The notes under the pieces are model-generated. The model was not told the origin of the DNA, searched no databases, and saw only the letters and a list, made by a program, of their open reading frames with translations. Shown in pieces: positions 8,249 through 17,748 of a stretch of 64,000 nucleotides of DNA. The translations under genes and the position numbers were made by a program. Every line of letters begins with the position of its first letter. Within the stretch, counting starts at the first letter, position 1. The stretch is from assembly GCA_043812795.1 (NCBI GenBank), contig JBDRLU010000069.1, positions 31,308 to 95,307 of the forward strand, given 5' to 3'. This DNA comes from Chloroflexota bacterium (GTDB lineage: Bacteria > Chloroflexota > Dehalococcoidia > Dehalococcoidales > UBA2162).

Positions 8249-10051
8249 CTAGTAGCCCATGGATTTCTTCAGGTTCTGGTCAACCCAAGAATACTGGGAC
8301 CAGCCCCAATAATCGTAGTAGCCGACGCAGTACTCTCCATGGTAATCCGTTAGCCACGGCCACCAGAAAGTATAAACGTAGGGCGACGGAAATTCTATCT
8401 GATAAACAAGTCCGAGTAAGTACTTCGTCATGTCCTTATATACTCCGGTAATGACATCAGGTTTGCCGATGTTCTCAAAGGCAAAGGCCTGGGCTTGCAG
8501 GTCATTAATATACGAGTCGTTAAGGTTGCTGTAGTTGCCGGTAAACTTCGGTTTGCTATCGAAAAATCCCCAAGAAGCGTTATGCCCCTTACCGGCGACT
8601 ACCATCTGCTCGAAAGCCTTGTTCCGGGAGGAAGACACATACGCACCGGATTCAAGCACCTTCAGTTCAAGGTCAATGCCGACTTTCGCCCAGTAATCTT
8701 TAAAGATAGAGGCGATATCAACGTAGTCCTTCAGCAAAATTGCTTCGGTCTTAAAGCCGTTGGGATACCCGGCGTCGGCCAAAAGCTGCTTGGCCTTGTC
8801 CGGATTATAGTTCCACTGGTCCTGGATATCCTGAGGCATTTGCTCCAGCGGTACATACCAGTCCGGGAAATCGGGGGACATCGGCCAGGTCAACAGCTCA
8901 GCCTCACCGCCATAGAAATCTTTTTGGATTGCCCGTCGGTCCACGGACATAGCCATGGCCAGGCGTACCTGTTGTTTATAAATGGCCAGGTCCGGCTTAT
9001 CGACCCGGATGAAGAAGGACTGCTCGCTGGCAGTAAGACCCTTGGCGAACCCCAGGTCGGGATTGCTCTTCTTCAAAAGTGACGCGTCTTCGTAGCTAAT
9101 TTCAGGAAGCACATCGATTTTGCCGGTGCGCAGCCCCGCCAGTCTGGTAGAATAGTCCGGAATGGTGAGTATCTTGAAAGTTTCGATGTAGGGTAACTGG
9201 TTGCCCTTACCCGGGCCAATAGGGTCCGTCTTCCAGTAATTGGGATTCCGAGTCAGAGTTACCTGGCTCTCTGACACATAGTCGGTCAGGATGAAGGGGC
9301 CGGTTCCGATGCTATTGTGCCAGTCCAGGAAGTTGCCGAATTGTTTCAGACCATCGGAAGGGAATATCCGAACAAGCTTGCTGATGCGGTCCAGCACGCC
9401 GGCGGTTGGTGCGGTCGCAGTATTCTTACCCTTCAGTGTCACCGTGTATTTATCGGTGGCTTCAGCCGAGACAATCCAGCCGGGCCAGGTAGAGGCGCCA
9501 CCCTGATGGGTCGGTGTCGTCAGCGCCCGATATAAAGTGTCCGCTACGTCCTGGGCAACCAGTTCCCGGCCATTGGTTGGCGGTTTATTCTGCCAGTGAA
9601 TTCCCTGACGGATATGAAAGATGATGGTATTTTCGTCAGGTACCTCCCAGCTTTCCGCTAGAGCACCCGCGTGCAAGCTGGACAAGTAAGAGCCGTTGCC
9701 CCACCAGTTCGTCTGGTCAGTGCCAGCCGGACCTTTCGTCCAGTCCCCTTCGACCAGGTCATCATTGGTAAGGTGGAGGGGCTGGCAATTGAAGGTCAGC
9801 ACCAGGGCATCATCAAAGCCAAGAATGGTCTGCGAAGTAATACAGGTTTTTATTTCGCCACCATACTGGGGGCCGGTTGGCGTTGGGGTCGGTGTTGGCG
9901 TTGGCGTGGGTGTTGGGGTAGGCGTCGGGGTTGGAGTTGGGGTTGGAGTTGGGGTTGGAGTCGGCGTCGGTGCTGCCGGAGCACAGGACGCCAGTAATAC
10001 GCCAACCACTATCAGAGCACACAGGGTGAACCATACAATTCGGCTCTTCAT
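8249..10051 (-). CDS. ABC transporter substrate-binding lipoprotein (family 5, peptide/nickel type) with a (Pro-Thr)16 linker
   Basis: The signal peptide ends in the lipobox LLASC, followed by 16 PT repeats and then an SBP_bac_5-like body (..NPNYW.., ..AGYPNGF..). Confidence 0.8.
   Translation of the reverse strand: MKSRIVWFTLCALIVVGVLLASCAPAAPTPTPTPTPTPTPTPTPTPTPTPTPTPTPTPTGPQYGGEIKTCITSQTILGFDDALVLTFNCQPLHLTNDDLVEGDWTKGPAGTDQTNWWGNGSYLSSLHAGALAESWEVPDENTIIFHIRQGIHWQNKPPTNGRELVAQDVADTLYRALTTPTHQGGASTWPGWIVSAEATDKYTVTLKGKNTATAPTAGVLDRISKLVRIFPSDGLKQFGNFLDWHNSIGTGPFILTDYVSESQVTLTRNPNYWKTDPIGPGKGNQLPYIETFKILTIPDYSTRLAGLRTGKIDVLPEISYEDASLLKKSNPDLGFAKGLTASEQSFFIRVDKPDLAIYKQQVRLAMAMSVDRRAIQKDFYGGEAELLTWPMSPDFPDWYVPLEQMPQDIQDQWNYNPDKAKQLLADAGYPNGFKTEAILLKDYVDIASIFKDYWAKVGIDLELKVLESGAYVSSSRNKAFEQMVVAGKGHNASWGFFDSKPKFTGNYSNLNDSYINDLQAQAFAFENIGKPDVITGVYKDMTKYLLGLVYQIEFPSPYVYTFWWPWLTDYHGEYCVGYYDYWGWSQYSWVDQNLKKSMGY
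9875..9970 (-). repeat. Coding tandem repeat, 16 x (Pro-Thr); includes three copies of a 12-nt unit at 9929-9964
   Basis: I counted it codon by codon on the minus strand. The plus strand reads GGTTGGAGTTGG x3 with one mismatch. Confidence 0.95.
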
Positions 10052-10420
10052 ACCTTTACAGCGGGTCCTCCTTTTTCCATTTTATGTATAGCTCTAATTT
10101 AACAACAACTTTCGATAAAATGTCAAGCTAGTTATTCTTCTCAGCAGACTATTTTGGCTGATATTTCTCCTGCACTTTAGTACTATATTAGTGGTACTAT
10201 TTGTGATAAGAACAGGGCAAAACGATTCTTCGTTGTGGTTGCATCTCGGTACGCCAAAAATCACGATAGGTAATAAAGAATGCAGAAGGTAGCAGCAGGG
10301 AGTAGCCGATGTCCTCCAACCACTCATTGCCGAGACGGAGAGCAGGCAGTATAATTTAGTTAGTTTCCCCGTAGCGGTAGGATGAAAATCGAATCTTGTT
10401 GTGAAGAAGGAAGGTAAGAC

Positions 10421-10924
10421 ATGGTTGATAGTTTACAGATAATCCATCGTGTTATTGAAGAGCATCACAGGATTAGAGAAAATATACAGCTTGCCGGCGC
10501 GGCTATCAATGACATGGAAGGTCTGTTTAGTTTACAGAGGTCATATGCTGGCTGGACACAGAGCTCACTGGAGAGTCTGGCTGATAAGTTAAAACAGCTG
10601 CAGCAAATAATCGGCTCTCTTAACGAAGGCCTTCAAAGGCACTTCAGTTTTGAAGAAGCGGCCTTGCCGCCATTGTTTGGTGACTCGCTGATGCGCGCGC
10701 TTATCTTTGAGCATAATCAGGTAAGAAATAGGATAGGGGAAGTCAAATTGACCCTGGCGGATACCCATCTCGAAGGACTGAAGCAAGAAGAGATGCTGTC
10801 CCGGAAGTCCCATCTGCAAGAATTAATCAATAACGCCTGCCAGACAGTGAGTGAACACGCCGCCCATGAAGAAATAATCCTCAACATGATTGCCCGAACC
10901 CTGGAACAAGAACAAAAAAGTTAG
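10421..10924 (+). CDS. Hemerythrin-like (HHE cation-binding) domain protein
   Basis: Spaced His/Glu motifs: EEHHRIRE, LQRHFSFEE, FEHNQV, EHAAHEE. The prediction is all-helical. Confidence 0.5.
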   Translation: MVDSLQIIHRVIEEHHRIRENIQLAGAAINDMEGLFSLQRSYAGWTQSSLESLADKLKQLQQIIGSLNEGLQRHFSFEEAALPPLFGDSLMRALIFEHNQVRNRIGEVKLTLADTHLEGLKQEEMLSRKSHLQELINNACQTVSEHAAHEEIILNMIARTLEQEQKS

Positions 10925-11027
10925 CCGGAAGTCTCTTAGAAACCCCGATTGTTAGGCAGTAGCCTGTTTGGAAGCAGAAGACGGGGGTGGGCGTCGCCAG
11001 TTGCCTGCCCACAATAGATTCGGACGT

Positions 11028-12464
11028 ATGATGAAACGAATAGCCGGGTTAATGGTCATCGCATTATGTATGGCGCTTGCCTGGCCGACTCAGGTGTTCT
11101 CAACGCCGGAAGATACCGTGCAGCTTAAGAAGCTAAACTTTGTTTTTCTGCACGGGGCCGGCGCCACTGCTTTTGCTTTGCAGTTGTTGGCTGACAGCAT
11201 CGCCGAACAGCTTCCAGCCTATATTCAGGAATATGAGGCAGCTAACCCGGGCACCACGGTTCAAGCTAATGCTCTGCTAAGATACTATCCGCACGATGTG
11301 GACATCGGTACCTGGGCGAATAATATTGTTGCCACTATAAATAAATATTCTCCAGAAGGAGACCTAATCTTAATCGGGCATAGCATGGGCGGGAAGACCG
11401 CCCTCTATACCGTCGCTAACGACATTGGCGGCCTCGCAGAAAAAGTCCCACTGGTAGTTACTATCAATAGCCCGATAAGGAGCCTGGATAACTATTATTT
11501 CACCGGCGGGGTTTCGGAACTTCTTCGTATCCGCTATACCCTACCTACGGACCGTGGCGTCATTAATTCTGCATCATACTATGATAGTACCGAGGATGGG
11601 AATTGGGTCGGTACAAATAAGCACTGGTTGGCTTTTATTTCCGCCGAACCCTACCCAACCAGTCAGCAATTTGATCTAGCGGGAGTTGACCCCTTGCCCA
11701 GAGATATGGATGACGGACTTATTCCAATTTCCGCCCAGTATTCGGAGGGGGCAGATGTGGTTTATTATGGAGAGCGTGGTCATAGTGATATTGGCAATAT
11801 TGACACAGTGGCTCAGTCCGTAGCGCAGCAGATTCTGCGTTACATTTTTGGGGGTCAAGTGGAGCTTTCTGTCTTTGCCAGAAGCGATACTTTCCATCAC
11901 CAGGCTAACTGGCTGCCGCTGAGAAACCACTGGACAGATACTGTTGGTGATGTTACTGCTGGCCGGGCTATAATATCGCATAAGAATGAGTCCTACTTTC
12001 GCTGGCAAGAATGGGAAGACACCGTCGAGGCCAACCTGTTTGGTGAAGGGCGCAGTGGCTACGAAGCCAGGAATGTTGACTCCTTTCCGTTTCTGACAGC
12101 TCTTAAAGAAGCACGCTGGTTGAACGATGACGCTAAAGATGGCCGCCTTTACCTGCGTACCCGGACAGCACCGCGAACCAGTATTCAGGTGGGATGGAGT
12201 ATCAAGCGGCCGGGACTACTACCGACTACGGTGATGCGCGACCATTATGAAATCGAAGAGACTACCGGTACTTTCCTCACCCAGATTACCAGTGCATCCT
12301 GGGCAACTGACAATCCGCTTGATGTAAGGCTAAAGATAGCTTCGACCGCGGAGGGCCCTTTCCGCTGGCTCCAAATTGGCTGGAGAGTTTACTTCAAAGA
12401 AGGGCGAGAAATAAAATTGATTGACCAAATTCCGGGGCAACTGTTACCAAATTCCAGCCAGTAA
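11028..12464 (+). CDS. Secreted alpha/beta-hydrolase (lipase/esterase-like)
   Basis: A signal peptide follows ATG 11028. The nucleophile elbow is LIGHSMGG. The ORF track starts at TTG 10968. Confidence 0.7.
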   Translation: MMKRIAGLMVIALCMALAWPTQVFSTPEDTVQLKKLNFVFLHGAGATAFALQLLADSIAEQLPAYIQEYEAANPGTTVQANALLRYYPHDVDIGTWANNIVATINKYSPEGDLILIGHSMGGKTALYTVANDIGGLAEKVPLVVTINSPIRSLDNYYFTGGVSELLRIRYTLPTDRGVINSASYYDSTEDGNWVGTNKHWLAFISAEPYPTSQQFDLAGVDPLPRDMDDGLIPISAQYSEGADVVYYGERGHSDIGNIDTVAQSVAQQILRYIFGGQVELSVFARSDTFHHQANWLPLRNHWTDTVGDVTAGRAIISHKNESYFRWQEWEDTVEANLFGEGRSGYEARNVDSFPFLTALKEARWLNDDAKDGRLYLRTRTAPRTSIQVGWSIKRPGLLPTTVMRDHYEIEETTGTFLTQITSASWATDNPLDVRLKIASTAEGPFRWLQIGWRVYFKEGREIKLIDQIPGQLLPNSSQ

Positions 12465-12527
12465 TGTATGGATACTGACTTTCACCGACGTAGAGCGGAC
12501 AACTAAGCGTCAGACGTATCGCTATCG

Positions 12528-13658
12528 CTACATGCCTAGTTCTGCTCGGGTCCGGCCCACGCGGGTCAAGTTTTCCCGGGTAATAATGCCGACCAATTTA
12601 TCTCCGGCCAGTACCGGCATTCCGCTGATATCAAGCATTTCCATCTCCTGGAGCATATTAGCCGCCGAGTCGCCAGGATGAGCTGCTTTAAGGTTAGGAG
12701 CGGGTGTCATGATTTTGCCGACTATGGTCGAGTCCCAGCGCTTTTTGCGTATTCTTTTAACATCGCGAATAGTTACTACTCCGCTCAGCCCGACATCGTC
12801 AACCAGGACAAAGTAACGGTATCCGGTGGCTAGACTATACCGCCGGACCAATTCTCCGATGCTCAACTCCGGAGTAGCTGCAGGGTACTCGGTAAGCATT
12901 ACATCGCCAACGGTAACACCATGAAGGGCTCTGTGTAGGAATGTTACCCGGCTAGCCCGGGTTGCCCCGCGGTATAGTGCCCATCCGACCAGTGCCAGCA
13001 TCAGCCCGACGAACCATTGCCGTCCCAGTAGCGCAATGTAAAGCCCGCCGAGGAACAAGGCCAGCCCGATTAGCTGGCCCATCCACCCGGCGATACGTGT
13101 TGACAGGTCATAGTTACCGGTCAACTGCCATAATGCCGCCCGGAACATTCTACCTCCTTCGAGAGGAAAAGCCGGGATAAAATGAAAAAGAGTCAAGGCG
13201 AAGGTAATGAAGGCCAGCCATTGGGCCAGTGCGGCTACCGTAACATTGCCGATGGTGATGAGGAGAAGGTAGGTCAAGTAGAGAACCACGGCAATAACGA
13301 GGTTAGACAAAAGGCCGAGAGCCGCCATCAACGTTTCTAGTGCCGGCAAGGTCGTCGCTTCAACTATCTCCGCAGCGCCGCCAAAGATGTACAAAGTGAC
13401 ACGTCCGACTAAAATCCCCCGTCGGCGGGCTACTAAATTAAGGGCAAATTGGCGTACGAAGAGGATAATGAACAGGGCTAACCAGGCGGCCGCGCCAAGC
13501 GCCAGACTCTCCCATAGAGGATAGGCTTCAGAGAATTGCGTGGCGACAATTATGGCTACCAGCAAAAAGGCAAAGAGCCAGGTATAGTGGAGCCGCACCC
13601 TTGTGCTCAAAAGATTGCTGGGATAACTGATGTCTCTCAGATTAGTAATATCTCTCAA
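12528..13658 (-). CDS. M50 (site-2 protease) family membrane protein with C-terminal CBS pair; catalytic motifs degenerate
   Basis: The M50 topology is present, along with the FGGAAEI and FIPAFPLEGGR blocks and C-terminal CBS-like repeats. The expected HExxH position reads RQFAL (13440-13454), and the LDG Asp is Glu (13158-13160). Confidence 0.75.
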   Translation of the reverse strand: MRDITNLRDISYPSNLLSTRVRLHYTWLFAFLLVAIIVATQFSEAYPLWESLALGAAAWLALFIILFVRQFALNLVARRRGILVGRVTLYIFGGAAEIVEATTLPALETLMAALGLLSNLVIAVVLYLTYLLLITIGNVTVAALAQWLAFITFALTLFHFIPAFPLEGGRMFRAALWQLTGNYDLSTRIAGWMGQLIGLALFLGGLYIALLGRQWFVGLMLALVGWALYRGATRASRVTFLHRALHGVTVGDVMLTEYPAATPELSIGELVRRYSLATGYRYFVLVDDVGLSGVVTIRDVKRIRKKRWDSTIVGKIMTPAPNLKAAHPGDSAANMLQEMEMLDISGMPVLAGDKLVGIITRENLTRVGRTRAELGM

Positions 13659-13933
13659 TTAACCTCACCGCTTCTATCCGATGCGTAAACAGCACCCTGC
13701 CGACCACAAAATATTTGCCCGTTAAACTCACCGCAGGCGCAGTCCATGGGCTTTGGTAAAAAGTTGGTAAAAAGTAGGTAAAGTGAACCCAGCAGGTAAC
13801 CTATCCAGGAACCATCGCCGAGGATTATCCCCATTCCGCCAAGGACGTAATGGGCCACCGTAGTGCCATTGTAAATCAGTACACGGGATGATGGATACCG
13901 GGTATATAAGTTCCTTTTCTCCCCTGATGTCAT
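13655..13933 (-). CDS. Hypothetical small membrane protein (weak call)
   Basis: A 4-nt ATGA-type overlap with the downstream M50-like gene suggests translational coupling. There is a hydrophobic core. I recognise no family. Confidence 0.3.
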   Translation of the reverse strand: MTSGEKRNLYTRYPSSRVLIYNGTTVAHYVLGGMGIILGDGSWIGYLLGSLYLLFTNFLPKPMDCACGEFNGQIFCGRQGAVYASDRSGEVN

Positions 13934-14382
13934 TTTTCCCCGACGGACGATATTTAATCTGCAACGAGTGTTGCTCTATCGCCAATTCTACTCCGAGGCT
14001 AAGTATTAACGCAATGGCAGGTCTTCCCTTAACCAAGGAACACTAGCTAGCGCGAAATTCTGGTACAAGAAGCTAGATTCGGCTATATGTTTACGGGTGG
14101 GTGGTGAACCGATGGGTTCCATAGATAGAACTGCCCAATCGGTCTTCAAAGCCGTATTAGCTTTCGTCCAGAGCTAGCCATGGCCCCTTTCCGTGGTCTT
14201 GCCTGATTGTAGTACTAGTAAGCAGATACTTTGTAGCCCACAACCATTGACTAATCCGTATGATACCCCATATCTACACAAAAGGAATAGCGGGACCACA
14301 GGATGACTGACGCCAGTGACGGGAGAGGGCCTCACATGATGGCCGAGTGTAACTTCTCCGAACATTACTCATTGATATTGTA

Positions 14383-14408
14383 TATAATATCTAGTATAAT
14401 ATATCTAG
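14383..14408. repeat. Tandem direct repeat TATAATATCTAG / TATAATATATCTAG in an AT-rich intergenic region
   Basis: Read directly from the sequence. Each copy carries a TATAAT hexamer and a CTAG core. It lies about 120 nt upstream of the wHTH regulator gene. Confidence 0.8.
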
Positions 14409-14527
14409 AAGTAACATTCTAGTAATACCTATCCAGTAACGCTACACTTGAAATACTGCAAATAGGCAGGTAGTTTTATCAACGGGATTTTGGAAGTTCA
14501 AATGTGTAGAAGGAGATCAACAAGGAA

Positions 14528-14863
14528 GTGAGAGAGTGGAGTCTGATTACAAATCATGGGCTTGTATTGGCTGCAATATCAAGGGATTCAAAGCAGACTA
14601 TCAGAGAAATAGGTGATGCTGCTGGTATTACGGAGCGAACGGCATACGGGATTGTTGTAGATCTCGAGGAGGCAGGATATATCAAAAGAATCAAGGTTGG
14701 CACACGTAACACGTACGCGATAAACCCTGACATGCCGGTCGTGAGTAGACTGAGCGATGCTTCCGTGGGAGACCTGCTTGCATTGTTTGGCCGGCAACCT
14801 CGGAAAGGAACGAAGAGTACCAAGACCTTGCGAGGGTCAATGTCTGACGTTGGTATGCACTAA
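14528..14863 (+). CDS. Winged helix-turn-helix transcriptional regulator (ArsR/MarR-like)
   Basis: TIREIGDAAGITERTAYGIVVDLEEAGYIKRIKVGTRNTY is an HTH plus wing pattern. Confidence 0.6.
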   Translation: MREWSLITNHGLVLAAISRDSKQTIREIGDAAGITERTAYGIVVDLEEAGYIKRIKVGTRNTYAINPDMPVVSRLSDASVGDLLALFGRQPRKGTKSTKTLRGSMSDVGMH

Positions 14864-14932
14864 TCTGAACCCCAAAAATCAGTCCGCTTTAATGTTAGAC
14901 TGATGTGTAAACTCAGTTCGAAGGAGAAAACA

Positions 14933-15583
14933 ATGAAGCAAATAGAGCTACAGGCCGACAATCGTAATAGTGTGGGTAAAGGAGTGAAGTCCTTGCGCCT
15001 CCAAGGAATTACGCCAGTGCATCTTTTTGGTCATGACCTGAAGTCCTTGGCATTGCAGTGTGAAACTGCAAAGCTTGAGCGGTCACTAGCTCAAGCGGGA
15101 GAATCCAGGCTTATCGCACTGACAGTAAATAATGAAAAGATGGCCAGGCCTGTTCTAGTTCGTGAAATTCAGCGGGATGCATTAACAGGCAGATTACTCC
15201 ATATAGACTTCTATCAGGTCAAGATGGACGAGAATCTGGAAGTCGAGGTTCCCATTAATTTGGTCGGGGAAGCGCCAGCCCTGGCAACAAAAGATAATAC
15301 GCTGCTGCAGAGCCTTCAAGTCTTAACTGTTAAATGTCTCCCGGCAAAAATTCCTGCCAGCTTGGAAGTGAATGTCAGTTCACTTACTGAGACGGGGCAG
15401 GCAGTACGGGTAAAAGACATTGCCATTGGCCAGGATATTACTGTTCTTACCGACCCGGAGCAGGTGGTTGTGGCGGTCATTGCACGGCTTGAGGAGGAAA
15501 TTAAAGAGAAAGAGACGGTAGAAGAGGTAGTTAGACCGCTGGAAGACGTCAAGCAGTCTGAGGAGAAGCCAGAGCAGAAGTAG
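14933..15583 (+). CDS. rplY: 50S ribosomal protein L25/general stress protein Ctc
   Basis: MKQIELQADNRNSVGKGVKSLRLQGITPVHLFGH.. followed by an acidic C-terminal tail. AAGGAG lies upstream of ATG 14933. Confidence 0.85.
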   Translation: MKQIELQADNRNSVGKGVKSLRLQGITPVHLFGHDLKSLALQCETAKLERSLAQAGESRLIALTVNNEKMARPVLVREIQRDALTGRLLHIDFYQVKMDENLEVEVPINLVGEAPALATKDNTLLQSLQVLTVKCLPAKIPASLEVNVSSLTETGQAVRVKDIAIGQDITVLTDPEQVVVAVIARLEEEIKEKETVEEVVRPLEDVKQSEEKPEQK

Positions 15584-15596
15584 AGGGGATAATACA

Positions 15597-15791
15597 ATGA
15601 ATTTTCAGGACAAGTCGATCCAGTGTTCCGATTGTGGGGACACTTTCACTTTCAGCGCTAAGGAACAAGGCCTTTTCGTATCAAGAGGTTATATTAATGA
15701 GCCAAAGCGCTGTTCCTGGTGCCGCGCCGCAAGGAAGATAGAGCGTCAGGGAGATGGCGACTACGGCCATCGGTCCAGATCCTGGCGGTAG
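15597..15791 (+). CDS. Zinc-ribbon protein (CxxC..CxxC), paralog of 17749..18051
   Basis: MNFQDKSIQCSDCGDTFTFSAKEQGLFVSRGYINEPKRCSWCRAARK. It sits 13 nt after rplY. Confidence 0.65.
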   Translation: MNFQDKSIQCSDCGDTFTFSAKEQGLFVSRGYINEPKRCSWCRAARKIERQGDGDYGHRSRSWR

Positions 15792-15923
15792 ATCTGAGCA
15801 ATATTCCTACCGTGTGTTAAATACATCAAGACACCAAGACACCATTCGAATCTTTCAACGGTAGACCGGCTCTTGTGGTAGCCGCTTTTGTAATCAGACG
15901 TCTGGGAAGCGAGTAAATAAGAC

Positions 15924-17381
15924 ATGGATGATTTCGAGAAATTGCAGAATCATAATGATCACAAATACGGAGATTCGCCGAAAGAAGATGACGAAGAAAA
16001 GCTCTTCTTTGAGGAGATGCTTAAGGAAGAGACGGAAGCCGAGAAAGTGTTGAAACCAAAGTTAACACCGGGGGAACAGGGTGAACAGGCGGATTTTAAT
16101 AACCCGATAAGTTTGTACCTCCGACAGATAGGGCTGGTCCAGCTCCTCACCGCTGCGGACGAAAAGGGGTTGGCAAGGAAAATAGAAGACGGTAAGCTCA
16201 TCACTGATATTAAACGTAAGTGCTTCGAGAAGCAGGGGAGAACGCCTTCCGCCGGTGAGGTAGTACTAGCCATCTTGGGAGAGTTGGGGGAAGCCGCCGC
16301 GGTCATGCGTATCTGCCAGACGGAGCTTGGTCTACCTCCGACTGAAGGCTTTAAGAAAGCCATCACCAACGATAAAATGTGCCGCTACAATGATGCTCAG
16401 ATAGACCAGCATCTCATCCAGACCATCGCTGCCCAGACTGAGAAACCGGAAAATGATGTGGAACGTCTTTTTCTTGACCTTACACTTAACATGAACCTAC
16501 TGCCCAGGGAAGTGATTGCTCTCATTGACGATACGGTCACTCTGGATGGTGTAGAAAACCTCATCGCAAGCGAGAGTTTCAGGAAAGCTTTAAGCCGTTT
16601 TGATGAGCCATTTGGGGCCTATATTAGCGGTATTGTAAAGGAAGCAGATAGAGCAAAGAGTAAGCTTACTGAGGCCAATCTGAGACTGGTCGTGAGTGTT
16701 GCCAAGAAACACGTCGGTGGGGGCATGCCACTTCTTGACTTGATTCAGGAGGGGAATATCGGCCTTATCAGGGCGGTTGGCAAATTTGACCACCATCGAG
16801 GTTATAAGTTTTCAACTTACGCCATCTGGTGGATACGCCAAGCCATAACCCGCTCTATTGCCGACAACGCACGTACCATCCGTATCCCGGTACATATGAT
16901 TGAGACCATTAGAAAACTCTTCAAAACAAGCCGCCGTCTGACACAAGAATACAAGAGAGAGCCCACCTCACAGGAAATCGGAGAGGAAATGGATATGCCT
17001 TCTGAAGAAGTTCAGGGCATCATCAAGCTGGCTCAGCTACCTCTATCGCTTGAAACACCCGTTGGCAAAGAAGGGGACGCGGTCTTAGGTGATTTCATTG
17101 AAGATCCCAATGTCGTTTCTCCGCCCGATTCTGCCTCTCGACAATTGCTCAAGGAACAGATTGGCGAGGCCTTAGAAACCCTGAGACCTCGGGAAAAGCA
17201 AGTACTTCAGCTGCGTTTTGGCTTAGAAGACGGCAGGGGCCGAACTCTGGAGGAGGTGGGGAAAGTATTCAATGTAACTAGGGAGAGAATTCGCCAAATT
17301 GAAGCCAAGGCCATCAGGAAACTGCGTCACCCCAGCCGGAGCCACAAACTGAGGGACTTCTTGGGAAGCCCAGAAGAATGA
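15924..17381 (+). CDS. rpoD: RNA polymerase sigma-70 factor RpoD/SigA
   Basis: Regions 1.2 to 4.2 are present: [74 protein letters not shown]. Confidence 0.92.
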   Translation: MDDFEKLQNHNDHKYGDSPKEDDEEKLFFEEMLKEETEAEKVLKPKLTPGEQGEQADFNNPISLYLRQIGLVQLLTAADEKGLARKIEDGKLITDIKRKCFEKQGRTPSAGEVVLAILGELGEAAAVMRICQTELGLPPTEGFKKAITNDKMCRYNDAQIDQHLIQTIAAQTEKPENDVERLFLDLTLNMNLLPREVIALIDDTVTLDGVENLIASESFRKALSRFDEPFGAYISGIVKEADRAKSKLTEANLRLVVSVAKKHVGGGMPLLDLIQEGNIGLIRAVGKFDHHRGYKFSTYAIWWIRQAITRSIADNARTIRIPVHMIETIRKLFKTSRRLTQEYKREPTSQEIGEEMDMPSEEVQGIIKLAQLPLSLETPVGKEGDAVLGDFIEDPNVVSPPDSASRQLLKEQIGEALETLRPREKQVLQLRFGLEDGRGRTLEEVGKVFNVTRERIRQIEAKAIRKLRHPSRSHKLRDFLGSPEE

Positions 17382-17457
17382 ACGCAGATTACCTTGCACT
17401 TTAGAGGCTTTCGGAGTAAGCGATGACTCGCAAGATATTCGGGCAGCCGGCCTAATG

Positions 17458-17539
17458 TGGGGAAGTGGGGACTCGAACCCCAACGCCTTGCGGCACGTGG
17501 TCCTAAGCCACGCCTGTCTGCCAATTCCAGCACTCCCCC
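17458..17539 (-). tRNA. tRNA-Leu (anticodon UAG), class II with long variable arm, no encoded CCA
   Basis: Manual cloverleaf: acceptor GGGGGAG/CUUCCCC, U8, anticodon stem CGUGG/CCACG with loop CUUAGGA, T-arm UGGGG-UUCGAGU-CCCCA, discriminator A. Confidence 0.9.
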
Positions 17540-17608
17540 GGGCCGAACCGCCGTCATATTTTACCATATTGCCTGACTCTTTGTTGCTTAACCGTCTTAC
17601 AGAGGCTC

Positions 17609-17637
17609 TTGTAAAGCGGACGCTTCGGGTGTATAAT
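17609..17637 (+). promoter_or_regulatory. Candidate sigma-70 promoter upstream of the second zinc-ribbon gene
   Basis: TTGTAA, then a 17-nt spacer, then TATAAT preceded by TG (extended -10). Confidence 0.45.
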
Positions 17638-17748
17638 GTAATTACAGTTTAAGTTTAGGTTGTTTTGCACTCAAGGCACATTTCCTTCTTGCCCCCTCCA
17701 GTGTTGGATGGCCAAGGCTCTAACTAAACAGTAAGAGGAGGTCATCCA

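Noticed and set aside
9875-9970. Regular short-period repeat considered as a possible CRISPR or minisatellite.
   Set aside because: The period is 6/12 nt with no spacers, and it is in frame inside a lipoprotein gene. No CRISPR-like repeat-spacer array was seen anywhere in the window.
9696-10091. 131-aa ORF containing a (Gly-Val)n repeat.
   Set aside because: It is the reverse-complement reading of the (Pro-Thr)16 linker of the solute-binding lipoprotein, so it is not an independent gene.
13728-14036. 102-aa ORF overlapping 13655..13933 in another frame, possibly the N-terminal half of a frameshifted gene.
   Set aside because: I could not recognise a family spanning both frames. The resemblance of the downstream ORF to ICMT/PEMT-type methyltransferase C-termini (..GSW..) is too weak to support a pseudogene call.
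14040-14365. A possible known structured RNA (RNase P RNA, tmRNA, SRP RNA, cobalamin riboswitch) in the ORF-free segment.
   Set aside because: By eye I could not find the diagnostic conserved blocks. There is no GAGGAAAGUCC-type P4 sequence, no tmRNA tRNA-like ends or tag ORF, and no SRP GGAA/AGCA domain. GCCAGUG only loosely resembles the B12 box. The segment is left unassigned pending a covariance-model search.
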